The notes under the pieces: model-generated
What the model was told of the DNA's origin: nothing
The model's input: the letters and a program-made list of their open reading frames with translations, nothing else
The model's database searches: none
Translations under genes and position numbers: made by a program
DNA from: a virus
Taxonomy: Duplodnaviria; Heunggongvirae; Uroviricota; Caudoviricetes
Virus record (IMG/VR): IMGVR_UViG_3300013800_000004
Span: 1 to 64,000 of that record
DNA length: 64,000 bases
Reading direction: 5' to 3' (one strand)
In this document: one piece after another, positions 8,064-15,531 of the stretch
How the letters are laid out: each line of letters opens with the position of its first letter
Position numbering within the stretch: position 1 is the stretch's first letter

Positions 8064-8140
8064 TAGATCCTGTGGGCTTCGCACAGAGGCCCCACGGACC
8101 CCGCAGGCCCACCCTAACCCCTCTATGGGTTGGGGTGGGT

Positions 8141-8992
8141 ATGTCCCTGTCTTGCTCTCGGGTTGCTGCCCGCCATCTCATCCGTGTCGCCGCACGGGAT
8201 GCTTGCCGCGTCACCTTTCGCACCCGTACAGCATCCGTGGACCTCACGGAGCGTGTTCTCGTCGCGGCTGCGGAGGGTGCGTTGATTCCCGATGACGGGA
8301 GTCCCATGCGGACCGCGGGGCTGATGGCACTGCCCCGTAAGCTGGCAGAGTTCGCCAAGGCCGTGAAGCGGTACCCGAACCTGTGGGAGAAGGTCAAGGA
8401 GTTCGTCGGGGTCGATAGCCTCGCGGACATTCCCGGTCGGGTGAAGGAACTGGCGAAAGAGGGCTACGCAGCCCTCAAGAAGGTGTTGGCCAGTGCTTTC
8501 GATGCGTGGCCCCTGAAGCTGTACACTCTGCCAGAGAGTGCTGTCTTCTCGGTCAACAAGCTCCTTGAGAAGCTCATGGCGAGGTTCCCGCAGTTCGGCA
8601 AATGGCTGGAGACCAGCGTGAAGCCCCGCGTGGACCAGTTCGACAAGTGGTTGTCCGAGCACCTCCCGGTGATCAGGAAGGTGTTGATGACGGCCATCTA
8701 CGTCTGGATCTGGTTGAACGTGGTGGAGTTCGAGTGGGACATGAAGGGGCTCCTGGGAGCCGCCACAGGTCAGTTGACTCTCTCGTCCCTTCTGGCGAGT
8801 CTGCCAGGGTCCGCCCTCGGAGCCATGATGAACGGGTTGGGGCTGGGCACATTCACCCTCCTCCCTGCCGCCACGGCGGCGAGGGTGCTATTCTTGATGT
8901 CCAAGCGGTACCTGACCTGGACTGGTAGGGGGTTCACTGTCGAGTGGGAGAAGCTCTCCAGTGATTTCGGGGTAGCCCCTGGGGTGCCCTAA
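8141..8992 (+). CDS. Putative membrane protein (283 aa) with C-terminal hydrophobic segments.
   Basis: ATG at 8141; the upstream part of ORF 7835..8992 is R/G/P junk. TM-like stretches VIRKVLMTAIYVWIWLNVV and LASLPGSALGAMMNGLGLGTFTLLPAA. Confidence 0.5.
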   Translation: MSLSCSRVAARHLIRVAARDACRVTFRTRTASVDLTERVLVAAAEGALIPDDGSPMRTAGLMALPRKLAEFAKAVKRYPNLWEKVKEFVGVDSLADIPGRVKELAKEGYAALKKVLASAFDAWPLKLYTLPESAVFSVNKLLEKLMARFPQFGKWLETSVKPRVDQFDKWLSEHLPVIRKVLMTAIYVWIWLNVVEFEWDMKGLLGAATGQLTLSSLLASLPGSALGAMMNGLGLGTFTLLPAATAARVLFLMSKRYLTWTGRGFTVEWEKLSSDFGVAPGVP

Positions 8993-9016
8993 TCTATCTA
9001 TGGGGTGCCGCCAGTT

Positions 9017-9616
9017 ATGGCATCCATGAGATTTTCGGGCCTTGCCCTCAAGATGGCGTCGACCCGTGTGGCTGACCGCTACCTACGACGGGAGCGCACG
9101 GCTCGCATGCTTTTGTCGTTCGGCGTGCGGGACTTTGAGAAGCTGAACCGTGCGGGCAACCAGTTTGCCGTGGTGTCGGCCTACCGCTCAGAACTTGGCA
9201 AGCACGCCAACAAGGAGCGCAACGGAGCCCTGGTGGGCGACATTCAGCGGATGGGGTACCGGAGGTTCGTCCCGCAGAAGTCGTCGTGGACAGACGCCTC
9301 TGGGACACACCCTGAGGCATCACTCCTGGTCCCCGGGATGTCTTTTGACGATGCCGTGCATCTGATGAAGAAGTACAACCAGGACGCCATCGTGTACAAG
9401 GACCCGTCAGGGACCATCGGGATCTACTCCAAGGATCACACCGCGGTGATGGCTTTCGACGAGGGCAAGGACATCGCAGTGGATGTGTCCCAAGACGAGG
9501 ACTTGTACTCCCGGGGGAGGTCATTCTCGATGGGGCTTCGCTTGGTAGACGACCAAACATTCCGGTGGTCGGGGAAGCCCCTCACACTAGGGGATCTGAT
9601 CGGCCAGATGGCCTGA
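9017..9616 (+). CDS. Hypothetical protein (199 aa)
   Basis: ATG at 9017 (MASMRF…). Upstream CTATGGGGTGCCGCCAGTT. Confidence 0.5.
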   Translation: MASMRFSGLALKMASTRVADRYLRRERTARMLLSFGVRDFEKLNRAGNQFAVVSAYRSELGKHANKERNGALVGDIQRMGYRRFVPQKSSWTDASGTHPEASLLVPGMSFDDAVHLMKKYNQDAIVYKDPSGTIGIYSKDHTAVMAFDEGKDIAVDVSQDEDLYSRGRSFSMGLRLVDDQTFRWSGKPLTLGDLIGQMA

Positions 9617-9620
9617 CCGG

Positions 9621-9851
9621 TCAGTTGGGCGAGCCCTGGCCTTCGGAGGGCTCGCCCGTGACGGGCTTCGCCAGCATTGCCCCAAGAGTGGCAACCCGAA
9701 GCTCCTCGGGGTTGTTGGCTGCGACGGTGGGCCCCTTGGCCTTGAACTGCACCGACAGGTTACGGGACTGAAGGACCGCGCCCCACTTGCCCAACGGGTT
9801 GTTGGTCACGTCCACAGCCACCTTCTTGCACTTTCCACCGCCCTTGCTCAT
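9621..9851 (-). CDS. Small basic hypothetical protein (76 aa, MSKGGGKCKK…)
   Basis: ATG with AGGAGAGAGGA SD and GGTGTAATACAG motif about 20 nt upstream. Confidence 0.45.
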   Translation of the reverse strand: MSKGGGKCKKVAVDVTNNPLGKWGAVLQSRNLSVQFKAKGPTVAANNPEELRVATLGAMLAKPVTGEPSEGQGSPN

Positions 9852-9871
9852 GATGAATCCTCTCTCCTGAT

Positions 9872-9883
9872 CTGTATTACACC
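9872..9883 (-). promoter_or_regulatory. Class-1 variant GGTGTAATACAG, 20 nt upstream of the ATG of 9621..9851 (with SD)
   Basis: Motif recurrence. Confidence 0.35.
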
Positions 9884-10035
9884 AACGGTAGGGCCCCGTC
9901 AACTTCCAAATCCTCGTCACCCTCATCTACGGGCCGAAGGGGTTGGGGGGAGAGCGGGAATGGCGGAAGCTGTTCACGACTACAAGCACCCGAGATGCTC
10001 TCGCGGCTCAACTGACTCAGGGGCAATTTCCAACG

Positions 10036-10088
10036 CCAAGTACGATTTCGGTTGCGCACCCCAACCCGAGTGAGTAAGCTCTCCCTCG
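10036..10088 (+). repeat. Imperfect direct repeat R1 (about 52 nt), 5' flank of the tRNA cluster
   Basis: CCAAGTACGATTTCGGTTGCGCACCCCAACCCGAGTGAGTAAGCTCTCCC. It shares an exact 13-mer and about 65% identity with R2. Confidence 0.35.
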
Positions 10089-10186
10089 CCGTCATGAACC
10101 GCTCGCACCAACATCGACATCAGTATTGATCGCCGGGGGTCTCCACGGAGACCTTCCGGCTGGTCCTGAGTCTGTGTAAGAGTGCC

Positions 10187-10272
10187 GGAGCGTTGTGGGC
10201 GAGTGGGAAGCCCGCTGGCTGTAAACCAGAAGACCCAACAGGTCGGAGAAGGTTCGATTCCTTCACGCTTCA
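10187..10272 (+). tRNA. tRNA-Tyr (anticodon GTA), class II with a long variable arm
   Basis: Acceptor GGAGCGT/ACGCTTC, T-arm GAAGG-TTCGATT-CCTTC, and a canonical anticodon loop CTGTAAA (identical to E. coli Tyr). The D-arm parse is imperfect (one extra nt). Confidence 0.55.
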
Positions 10273-10280
10273 CTGTTTCC

Positions 10281-10366
10281 GCATCGGTGGCCGAATGGCA
10301 AGGCGGCGGGCCGTACACCCGCACCCCTGTAGTGGGGGGACGGTGGTTCGATTCCATCACGATGCA
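10281..10366 (+). tRNA. Class II tRNA-like gene, anticodon apparently GTA, with an atypical loop CCGTACA (C33, C37); possibly a degenerate Tyr copy.
   Basis: Acceptor GCATCGG/ACGATGC (7-66 G·A), D-arm TGGCCGAATGGCAAGGC, anticodon stem GCGGG/CCCGC, long variable stem CCCC…GGGG, T-arm GGTGG-TTCGATT-CCATC. Confidence 0.4.
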
Positions 10367-10379
10367 CTGTTTCATTCAC

Positions 10380-10452
10380 GTTGGGGTTAGCACAGTGGTT
10401 AGTGCGCCGGGCCGTGGCCCCGGATACGCGAGTTCGATCCTCGTACCTCAAC
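10380..10452 (+). tRNA. tRNA-His (anticodon GTG) with encoded G-1 and discriminator C73
   Basis: G-1 then TTGGGGT/ACCTCAA acceptor, D-stem GCAC/GTGC, anticodon stem CCGGG/CCCGG, loop CCGTGGC (C33 unusual), T-arm GCGAG-TTCGATC-CTCGT. Confidence 0.55.
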
Positions 10453-10495
10453 CCCAAGCACCCCGACCCTGAAGAGGGTCGATGAAATCCACCAC

Positions 10496-10547
10496 CAAGT
10501 ACGATTTTCAGATTGGTGGTCCCCAAGGTGCGTAAGAGCCCCCGCTG
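10496..10547 (+). repeat. Imperfect direct repeat R2, 3' flank of the tRNA cluster; it contains a GTGCGTAAG class-1-like core
   Basis: CCAAGTACGATTTTCAGATTGGTGGTCCCCAAGGTGCGTAAGAGCCCCC. Confidence 0.35.
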
Positions 10548-10617
10548 GCACGGTGAGCCGCCCGACCAATCGTAGACGGGAGGCCCCGACCACCACCTGT
10601 AAAAGGAGACTGTCATC

Positions 10618-11355
10618 ATGAGCCTCAAGTTGCACCAGTTGCTTGCCGTCGAGAAGACCATCAAGGCGGACGCCGCCAAGGCCCTCACGGACCTGTACCA
10701 CCGTATCGACAAGGGGAGCCTCCTCTCGGGCATCGCCCGCAGCTACCGCCCCCTCACGGACGACGGGGAGCGCCTCCCCCCGGAGAGCACCCTCCTCCAG
10801 CTTCGCGTGGAGCAGGAGATTCCCCCGGTGCTGGCGACCCTCGTCACCCTCTACGACACGATGCTCCGTAAGGAGCACGCCAACCTCCGGGCGAAGGCCG
10901 ACGTGGTCATCGACGGCACGGTGATCCTCTCCGACGTGCCCGTCTGCGCCCTCCTCTTCCTGGAGAAGCAGACCACGGACCTCAAGGCTTTCATCCAGCG
11001 GCTCCCGACGCTGGACCCGAGCGAGACGTGGGCCCACGACCCCGCCCAGAACTGCTGGGCGACGGCGCCCAACGAGACGGCTCGCACCAAGAAGGTGCCC
11101 GTGGTGCTCACCAGGGCCCAGGCCACGGACAAGCACCCGGCCCAGACGGAGCTCGTCCACGAGGACCGGGTGGTGGGCTACTGGTCCACGACCAAGTTCA
11201 GCGGGGCCATCTCGGCTGAGCGCAAGGCGACCCTCATCGCCCGCATCGGCAAGCTCTCCGCGGCCATCAAGGTCGCCCGCGAGGGCGCCAACGCGGTCCC
11301 CGTCGGGGAGCAGAAGATGGGCGAGGTCATCCTGAACTACCTGTTCGGGGCCTGA
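10618..11355 (+). CDS. Hypothetical protein (245 aa)
   Basis: ATG with AAAAGGAGA SD. Protein-like composition; the antisense ORF 10399..11415 is an R/G/D-rich artefact. Confidence 0.6.
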   Translation: MSLKLHQLLAVEKTIKADAAKALTDLYHRIDKGSLLSGIARSYRPLTDDGERLPPESTLLQLRVEQEIPPVLATLVTLYDTMLRKEHANLRAKADVVIDGTVILSDVPVCALLFLEKQTTDLKAFIQRLPTLDPSETWAHDPAQNCWATAPNETARTKKVPVVLTRAQATDKHPAQTELVHEDRVVGYWSTTKFSGAISAERKATLIARIGKLSAAIKVAREGANAVPVGEQKMGEVILNYLFGA

Positions 11356-11369
11356 ACAACGATTTTCCT

Positions 11370-11393
11370 CCCGTGAGGTGATCACCTCACGGG
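11370..11393. terminator. Perfect 24-bp palindrome CCCGTGAGGTGATCACCTCACGGG downstream of 10618..11355; a terminator hairpin or a dimeric-regulator operator
   Basis: 12 bp plus 12 bp exact palindrome with no U-tract. Confidence 0.35.
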
Positions 11394-11879
11394 TAGGGTC
11401 CAGATGTGACAGCACTGGTGTCTGTGTAAAACCAAGGACGGAAAGCCTAAATTTGCAGGTTCGACTCCTGCCCCTCCCAATCTACGGGAGGGTAGCCGAA
11501 TGTTCGGGTAGCCGAATGGCAGAGGCAAAGTCTCTCCGATCCCATCAGCATCAACACCTCAGATTATCACACAAAGCAACAAGGAGAACCCAAGCCTCAC
11601 ATCAACTGCCATCCCCCGATACTTTGCGAATGCTGGTGCAACTCCAGCCCGCCACTCCAAGCGCATGACCCCGTGAGCGTGAATTTGGAGTGGTGGTGGT
11701 CTAATCGTAAGGCGCGCAGACCTAAGACTGAGGGGGTGGATTCAAATGCCGGTGAGGCAAGGTATAGCTCCGAGACATCAGGTCTTACCAACCTGAACTA
11801 CGAATAGAGGCCCTGGCTTAGGATACAAGCTGGGGCTTCGCCTATTTGGGGGCGGTGAAACCCAGGCATCTGAGCTTGG
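11394..11879 (+). ncRNA. About 490-nt non-coding region with locally lower GC (about 48-55%). It contains a tRNA-like 3' element (T-arm GCAGG-TTCGACT-CCTGC plus a CCCTCCC-A acceptor strand at about 11455-11479) but no complete cloverleaf that I could fold; candidate structured RNA of unknown type.
   Basis: No ORF of 60 aa or more with protein-like composition. Contains a GGTTCGA T-loop consensus and a duplicated GGGTAGCCGAATG. Confidence 0.3.
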
Positions 11880-11906
11880 GTGTTTTGTCTATGCCCTCCG
11901 TGGGGC

Positions 11907-12962
11907 ATGGCACTCTCTGCGTCTCGGGTTGCTTCCAGGTACCTGCTTTCTCGGGAGTGGGGAGACCTTGATAGGCTTTTCGCGTCCTACAACAAGGCCC
12001 TGGCTGAGTTGGGTCTGAACGTCGCGCAAGAGAAATCGAGGGCCCGACCCAACTCCCTCATCCTCAAGCACTACTTCGCCCCGGTGGTGAGCACGGGGAG
12101 GGTACTCGCCGCATGGGCGGTCGAGACCAGGACCATTCCCGATGGGAAAGCCAAGGCCCTGGAGTTGGCGGCGCGGTTGATGGGGCTGGTTCGTATCCCC
12201 TCGGACATCATCCGGTGGTACGAGACCAATCTCCCCAAGCTGGAGTTCCTGCGAGAGACAATCCGTTGGAAGGAGCGTTCGGCTGAACCTTCTGGGGGTC
12301 TGGGGCTCACCACAGTGGGGCCGTTCAAGGTCCACAACACCATCGGGGCCAAAGAGAAGCAACTCAAAGAGATTCAGACCCTGGTGAAAGCTGCCGTGAA
12401 GGCGATCACCCCGGTGATGGACTTCAAGAAGGTTCTCTACGGTGACGTGTTCGTGGTGGGCCAGCTTCGACAGTCCCGCACGGTTGCGTGGTACTCCGTC
12501 CAAGAGGATCAAGTGTACCTCAGGAACCTCGCCAAGAAAGGCATTGACGATCTCGCGAGCCTCATCCATGAACTGGGGCATCGGTACTGGTTCAAGTTCG
12601 CCAGTGCGGGCATGAAGAGGAACATCTCCGGCTTGTTCTACAATCTCGCGTCGGATGTCCGGCGGGTGCCCGTCCCCGTTCTCAAGGCTGGGGACATCCT
12701 CCCGTTGAACCTCAAGGGGGAGCTCGCCCCACGGGTCATTACCAAGGTGACTCCGCTGTACTACGAGCTCGGGGATGGGGTCATGGTCAAGGTCCATGAC
12801 GTGGAAGGCATCCTCAAGCGCAAGGCTGTGGTGGGGAAGCTGTTCCCCTCTGCGTACTCCATGAAGAACGATGAAGAGTTCTTCGCAGAGTGTTTCTCGT
12901 TCTACGTTCTCGGGAAGCTGCCTGCGGGGCTGGTCCCTGAGTTTGAGAAGGCCCTCAAGTGA
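11907..12962 (+). CDS. ImmA/IrrE-like (M78) zinc metallopeptidase-domain protein (352 aa; alternative GTG start at 11880)
   Basis: HEXXH as SLIHELGHRYW plus a downstream NDEEFFAECFSFYVL (E-x-x-A-E third-ligand pattern of ImmA/IrrE). Confidence 0.55.
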   Translation: MALSASRVASRYLLSREWGDLDRLFASYNKALAELGLNVAQEKSRARPNSLILKHYFAPVVSTGRVLAAWAVETRTIPDGKAKALELAARLMGLVRIPSDIIRWYETNLPKLEFLRETIRWKERSAEPSGGLGLTTVGPFKVHNTIGAKEKQLKEIQTLVKAAVKAITPVMDFKKVLYGDVFVVGQLRQSRTVAWYSVQEDQVYLRNLAKKGIDDLASLIHELGHRYWFKFASAGMKRNISGLFYNLASDVRRVPVPVLKAGDILPLNLKGELAPRVITKVTPLYYELGDGVMVKVHDVEGILKRKAVVGKLFPSAYSMKNDEEFFAECFSFYVLGKLPAGLVPEFEKALK

Positions 12963-13813
12963 ACTCCCTTCGCTCTCGCACCATCAGGTTGGCCCACGCC
13001 AATCCAGAACTCCGACCCGTCCTCCTCCCGCTCATCAGGGAGGCGTCACAGCCCAAGGGTGTGATGACGGTTTCGGGCCCGTTCCGCATGTACATCCCAC
13101 CCGGGCTCTCGGGTCTCCAGAGCAGTCTCCAGGACACTCTGGGGACGGTGTGGGCCCTGTACAAGAATGCAGGCCTCTCCCTGGGGTCAGGCCCCATCGC
13201 TGTGGCCCTTGGTGGGAGGGTGGAGTCGCTCTACGACGTGTCCGGGAACTACGTGCTCATGACCACACATCACATCAGGAACCCCAAGAGCACGGTGTTG
13301 ATCCACGAGATGGCCCACTGGTATCACTACAACAAAGTCCCAGGCGGGGTGTCCAATCCCAAGGTGAAGGCCAAGTACCAGTGGGCACTGGCGTCCCTCG
13401 CACCGAGGAAGTCTGGTGTGGTGAAGGGCATGACCTACGAGAAGATCGGGTGGGACAACCCCTACACCAAAGACATCCCATACACCCGGATCTACAAGTT
13501 GGTGTCTGTCACGAAGACTAAGTCCACGGTTGAGCTCCAAAACCCCTCGGAGTTCGACAAGAAGCATCGCATGAACGCCCTCCGCGAGGTGCTCCCGACT
13601 TCCTACTTGGAGCAGTTGCTCAACCCTGGCGGATTGGTGACAGACGCTCATGGTGTGTCACACCTTGAGGGCGGGATTTCCCCCTGGGTGCCTACTGAGT
13701 ACGCCAAGACCAACGAGCGGGAGTGGTTCGCAGAGCTTGTGACCCCCCATGTTCTTCACCCCACGAGCACCGACCCTGAAGTGAGAGCTTGGCTGGACAG
13801 TCTCGCCCCGTGA
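12959..13813 (+). CDS. ImmA/IrrE-like zinc metallopeptidase-domain protein carrying a conserved N-terminal leader MNSLRSRTIRLAHANPELRPVLLPLIREAS
   Basis: GTG start overlapping the previous stop (GTGA). VLIHEMAHWYHY plus NEREWFAELVTPHVL. The N-terminal 30 aa are shared with 24549..25274. Confidence 0.55.
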   Translation: MNSLRSRTIRLAHANPELRPVLLPLIREASQPKGVMTVSGPFRMYIPPGLSGLQSSLQDTLGTVWALYKNAGLSLGSGPIAVALGGRVESLYDVSGNYVLMTTHHIRNPKSTVLIHEMAHWYHYNKVPGGVSNPKVKAKYQWALASLAPRKSGVVKGMTYEKIGWDNPYTKDIPYTRIYKLVSVTKTKSTVELQNPSEFDKKHRMNALREVLPTSYLEQLLNPGGLVTDAHGVSHLEGGISPWVPTEYAKTNEREWFAELVTPHVLHPTSTDPEVRAWLDSLAP

Positions 13814-13917
13814 CTTTGAGCGCCGGGCGACTCCTGTATCATTGGGAAGGGCGCCCGGCACGATCCGGGCGTAACTCCATTCTCACCGCCTCGCCTTCTC
13901 ACCAAGGACATGATCCC

Positions 13918-14631
13918 ATGGTAGACATCAATCGCACCCACATCACCGCCGTTCTCGACCGCTCGGGCTCCATGCGGAACCTTGCCTCGGACACCATCGG
14001 GGGCTTCAACAAGTTCCTCGAAGACCAGAAGGCCGCTCCGGGCGAGGCCACCCTCACCCTGGTCCTGTTCGACGGCGCATACGAGGTGCCGTACAACGCC
14101 GCGAACATCAAGGACATCCCCGAGTTGACCGAGAAGGTCTACTTCGCGCGTGGCATGACGGCGCTCTACGACGCCCTCGGCAAGGCCATCATCGACACGG
14201 GCAAGTCCCTCGCGGCGATCCCCGAGGACGAGCGCCCCGGAACGGTGATCGTCCTGGTGATGACCGACGGTGAGGAGAACGCATCCACCGAGTTCGGGGG
14301 TGAGGAGGGTCGCCAGCGGGTCCAGGCGATGGTCAAGACCCAGACCGACGTGTACAAGTGGTCGTTCGTGTTCATGGGCGCGAACATCGACGCGAAGGCA
14401 GTGGGGGCATCCCTCGGCGTCTCGCTGGATTCCTCGCTCAACTACGCGGCCAGCAAGGTCGGCACCCGTGCCGCCTACGAGGTGATGAGCGCGGGGACCA
14501 AGGGTATCCGCGAGCACGCCCGGACCCGCGGTGCGAAGGGCTCCGTCAAGTTCGTGGAGAACCCCGACGCCGTCATCGGTGGTTCGGACCCCAAGAGCAC
14601 GGACATCTCGGCCACTCCCTCGACCAAGTAG
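13918..14631 (+). CDS. vWA domain protein (238 aa)
   Basis: Internal ATG of ORF 13789 with AAGGA SD. MIDAS-like motif VLDRSGSM…TALYDALG…VIVLVMTDGEEN. Confidence 0.65.
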   Translation: MVDINRTHITAVLDRSGSMRNLASDTIGGFNKFLEDQKAAPGEATLTLVLFDGAYEVPYNAANIKDIPELTEKVYFARGMTALYDALGKAIIDTGKSLAAIPEDERPGTVIVLVMTDGEENASTEFGGEEGRQRVQAMVKTQTDVYKWSFVFMGANIDAKAVGASLGVSLDSSLNYAASKVGTRAAYEVMSAGTKGIREHARTRGAKGSVKFVENPDAVIGGSDPKSTDISATPSTK

Positions 14632-14635
14632 CCAG

Positions 14636-14866
14636 TCAGACCCCTGCCAGCATCTCCAGGTGCGGCTCGCAGAGCACCGTCCCTTTGACAAACACCCGCC
14701 CTGACAGCGGTGTCATGTCCACCCCCCTCGCTGTGTAACGGATCACCTCGCCGGGCTTGCCACAGACCACGCACAGGTCTGTGGCAGCGATGATCCGTGC
14801 CGCGATCCGTGCCGCCATGCCTTTCATGTCCATGACATGCTCCGCGGAGGATAGGACAACCATCAA
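14636..14866 (-). CDS. Small zinc-ribbon-like protein (76 aa). Weakly supported.
   Basis: CVVCGKPGEV…C…H motif. Convergent and tightly packed between the vWA gene and 14885. Confidence 0.3.
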   Translation of the reverse strand: MMVVLSSAEHVMDMKGMAARIAARIIAATDLCVVCGKPGEVIRYTARGVDMTPLSGRVFVKGTVLCEPHLEMLAGV

Positions 14867-14884
14867 GCACTGGTAGGGTCAGGC

Positions 14885-15352
14885 ATGAAGTCGTTCCACG
14901 AAGTTCTGGCCCCGTTGCTGGTGGGGTTTACCGTCACCAAGGTGGAGGAGGGCCAGGGGCGTGAGGGCGACCCGGCGAAGATCACTTGTGTCAAGGGAGA
15001 TGTCACCCGCACGTTCGAGGTGTGGGGTGGCGTCTATGGTCCGTGGGTCTCTCACCTCCAGGAGTCTACGGGCGCCCGCCCTGCGACATGGTTGAGCGTG
15101 GGCCAGATGTTTGACGACATCATCGACTACGTCTCGGACCAGGACTCCCAGGTCACCATCATCTCTGTGGATGACGCGATGACCCGTCGTCTGGGGTTTC
15201 GGTGTGTGGAGACGGGTGTGGAGTGGTGGGTGGGGCTTCTCGCGGTGAAGGGATCCAAGTTCACCAAGAAGTTCTCCACGGTGGAGGGTCGCAACGCCCT
15301 CGCGGTGTGCCTGACCGACTGCGGTGTGGGTCTGGACAGCAACCTCGGGTGA
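14885..15352 (+). CDS. Hypothetical protein (155 aa)
   Basis: ATG preceded by GGTAGGGTCAGGC (TAGGGT -10-like, leaderless geometry). Confidence 0.5.
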   Translation: MKSFHEVLAPLLVGFTVTKVEEGQGREGDPAKITCVKGDVTRTFEVWGGVYGPWVSHLQESTGARPATWLSVGQMFDDIIDYVSDQDSQVTIISVDDAMTRRLGFRCVETGVEWWVGLLAVKGSKFTKKFSTVEGRNALAVCLTDCGVGLDSNLG

Positions 15353-15408
15353 TCGTCCTATCTTGGGGCGTAGAGGAGACATGGCACCCCGTAAAATGCC
15401 GCGAACAT

Positions 15409-15424
15409 GGGGCGTAACACCACC
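15409..15424 (+). promoter_or_regulatory. Class-1 variant GGGGCGTAACACCACC (upstream copy of a tandem pair before the large vWA gene)
   Basis: Motif recurrence. No ATG at +7; AAGGAG follows. Confidence 0.3.
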
Positions 15425-15498
15425 GGCACCAAGGAGTTCATCGAGTTCTTGGAACTGGTTCGTGGTGGGTTGAACTCCAAGGGCTGATCCGTGCCTCC

Positions 15499-15514
15499 TT
15501 GGGCGTAATAAAAG
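15499..15514 (+). promoter_or_regulatory. Class-1 motif TTGGGCGTAATAAAAG, 18 nt upstream of the ATG at 15532 (with AGGAG SD)
   Basis: Motif recurrence. Confidence 0.4.
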
Positions 15515-15531
15515 CAGGAGAAGTCACACCA

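Noticed and set aside
7668-8084. N-terminal 139-aa extension of ORF 7329..8084 (and similarly 5116..5388 of ORF 5116..5787, and 3039..3155 of ORF 2778..3155)
   Set aside because: The extensions are out-of-frame overlaps with well-supported neighbouring genes. Internal starts sit right after the conserved GCGTAA motif or overlap the previous stop.
10399-11415. 338-aa minus-strand ORF overlapping the tRNAs and gene 10618..11355
   Set aside because: It overlaps three tRNA genes and a plus-strand gene that has a strong SD, and its sequence is junk-like. The same reasoning applies to 13756..14691, 45017..46111, 47051..48400, 51452..52927 and 5197..6147.
11455-11479. tmRNA (ssrA) hypothesis for the T-arm/acceptor-like element
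   Set aside because: No tag-peptide reading frame ending in …ALAA or similar within 400 nt downstream, and no 5' GGGG acceptor partner of the right length. I could not build a pseudoknot-rich core. Left as an unclassified ncRNA candidate.
11390-11479. Fourth tRNA gene
   Set aside because: The acceptor stem needs 2 mismatches and no anticodon stem-loop can be folded, so it is not reported as a tRNA.
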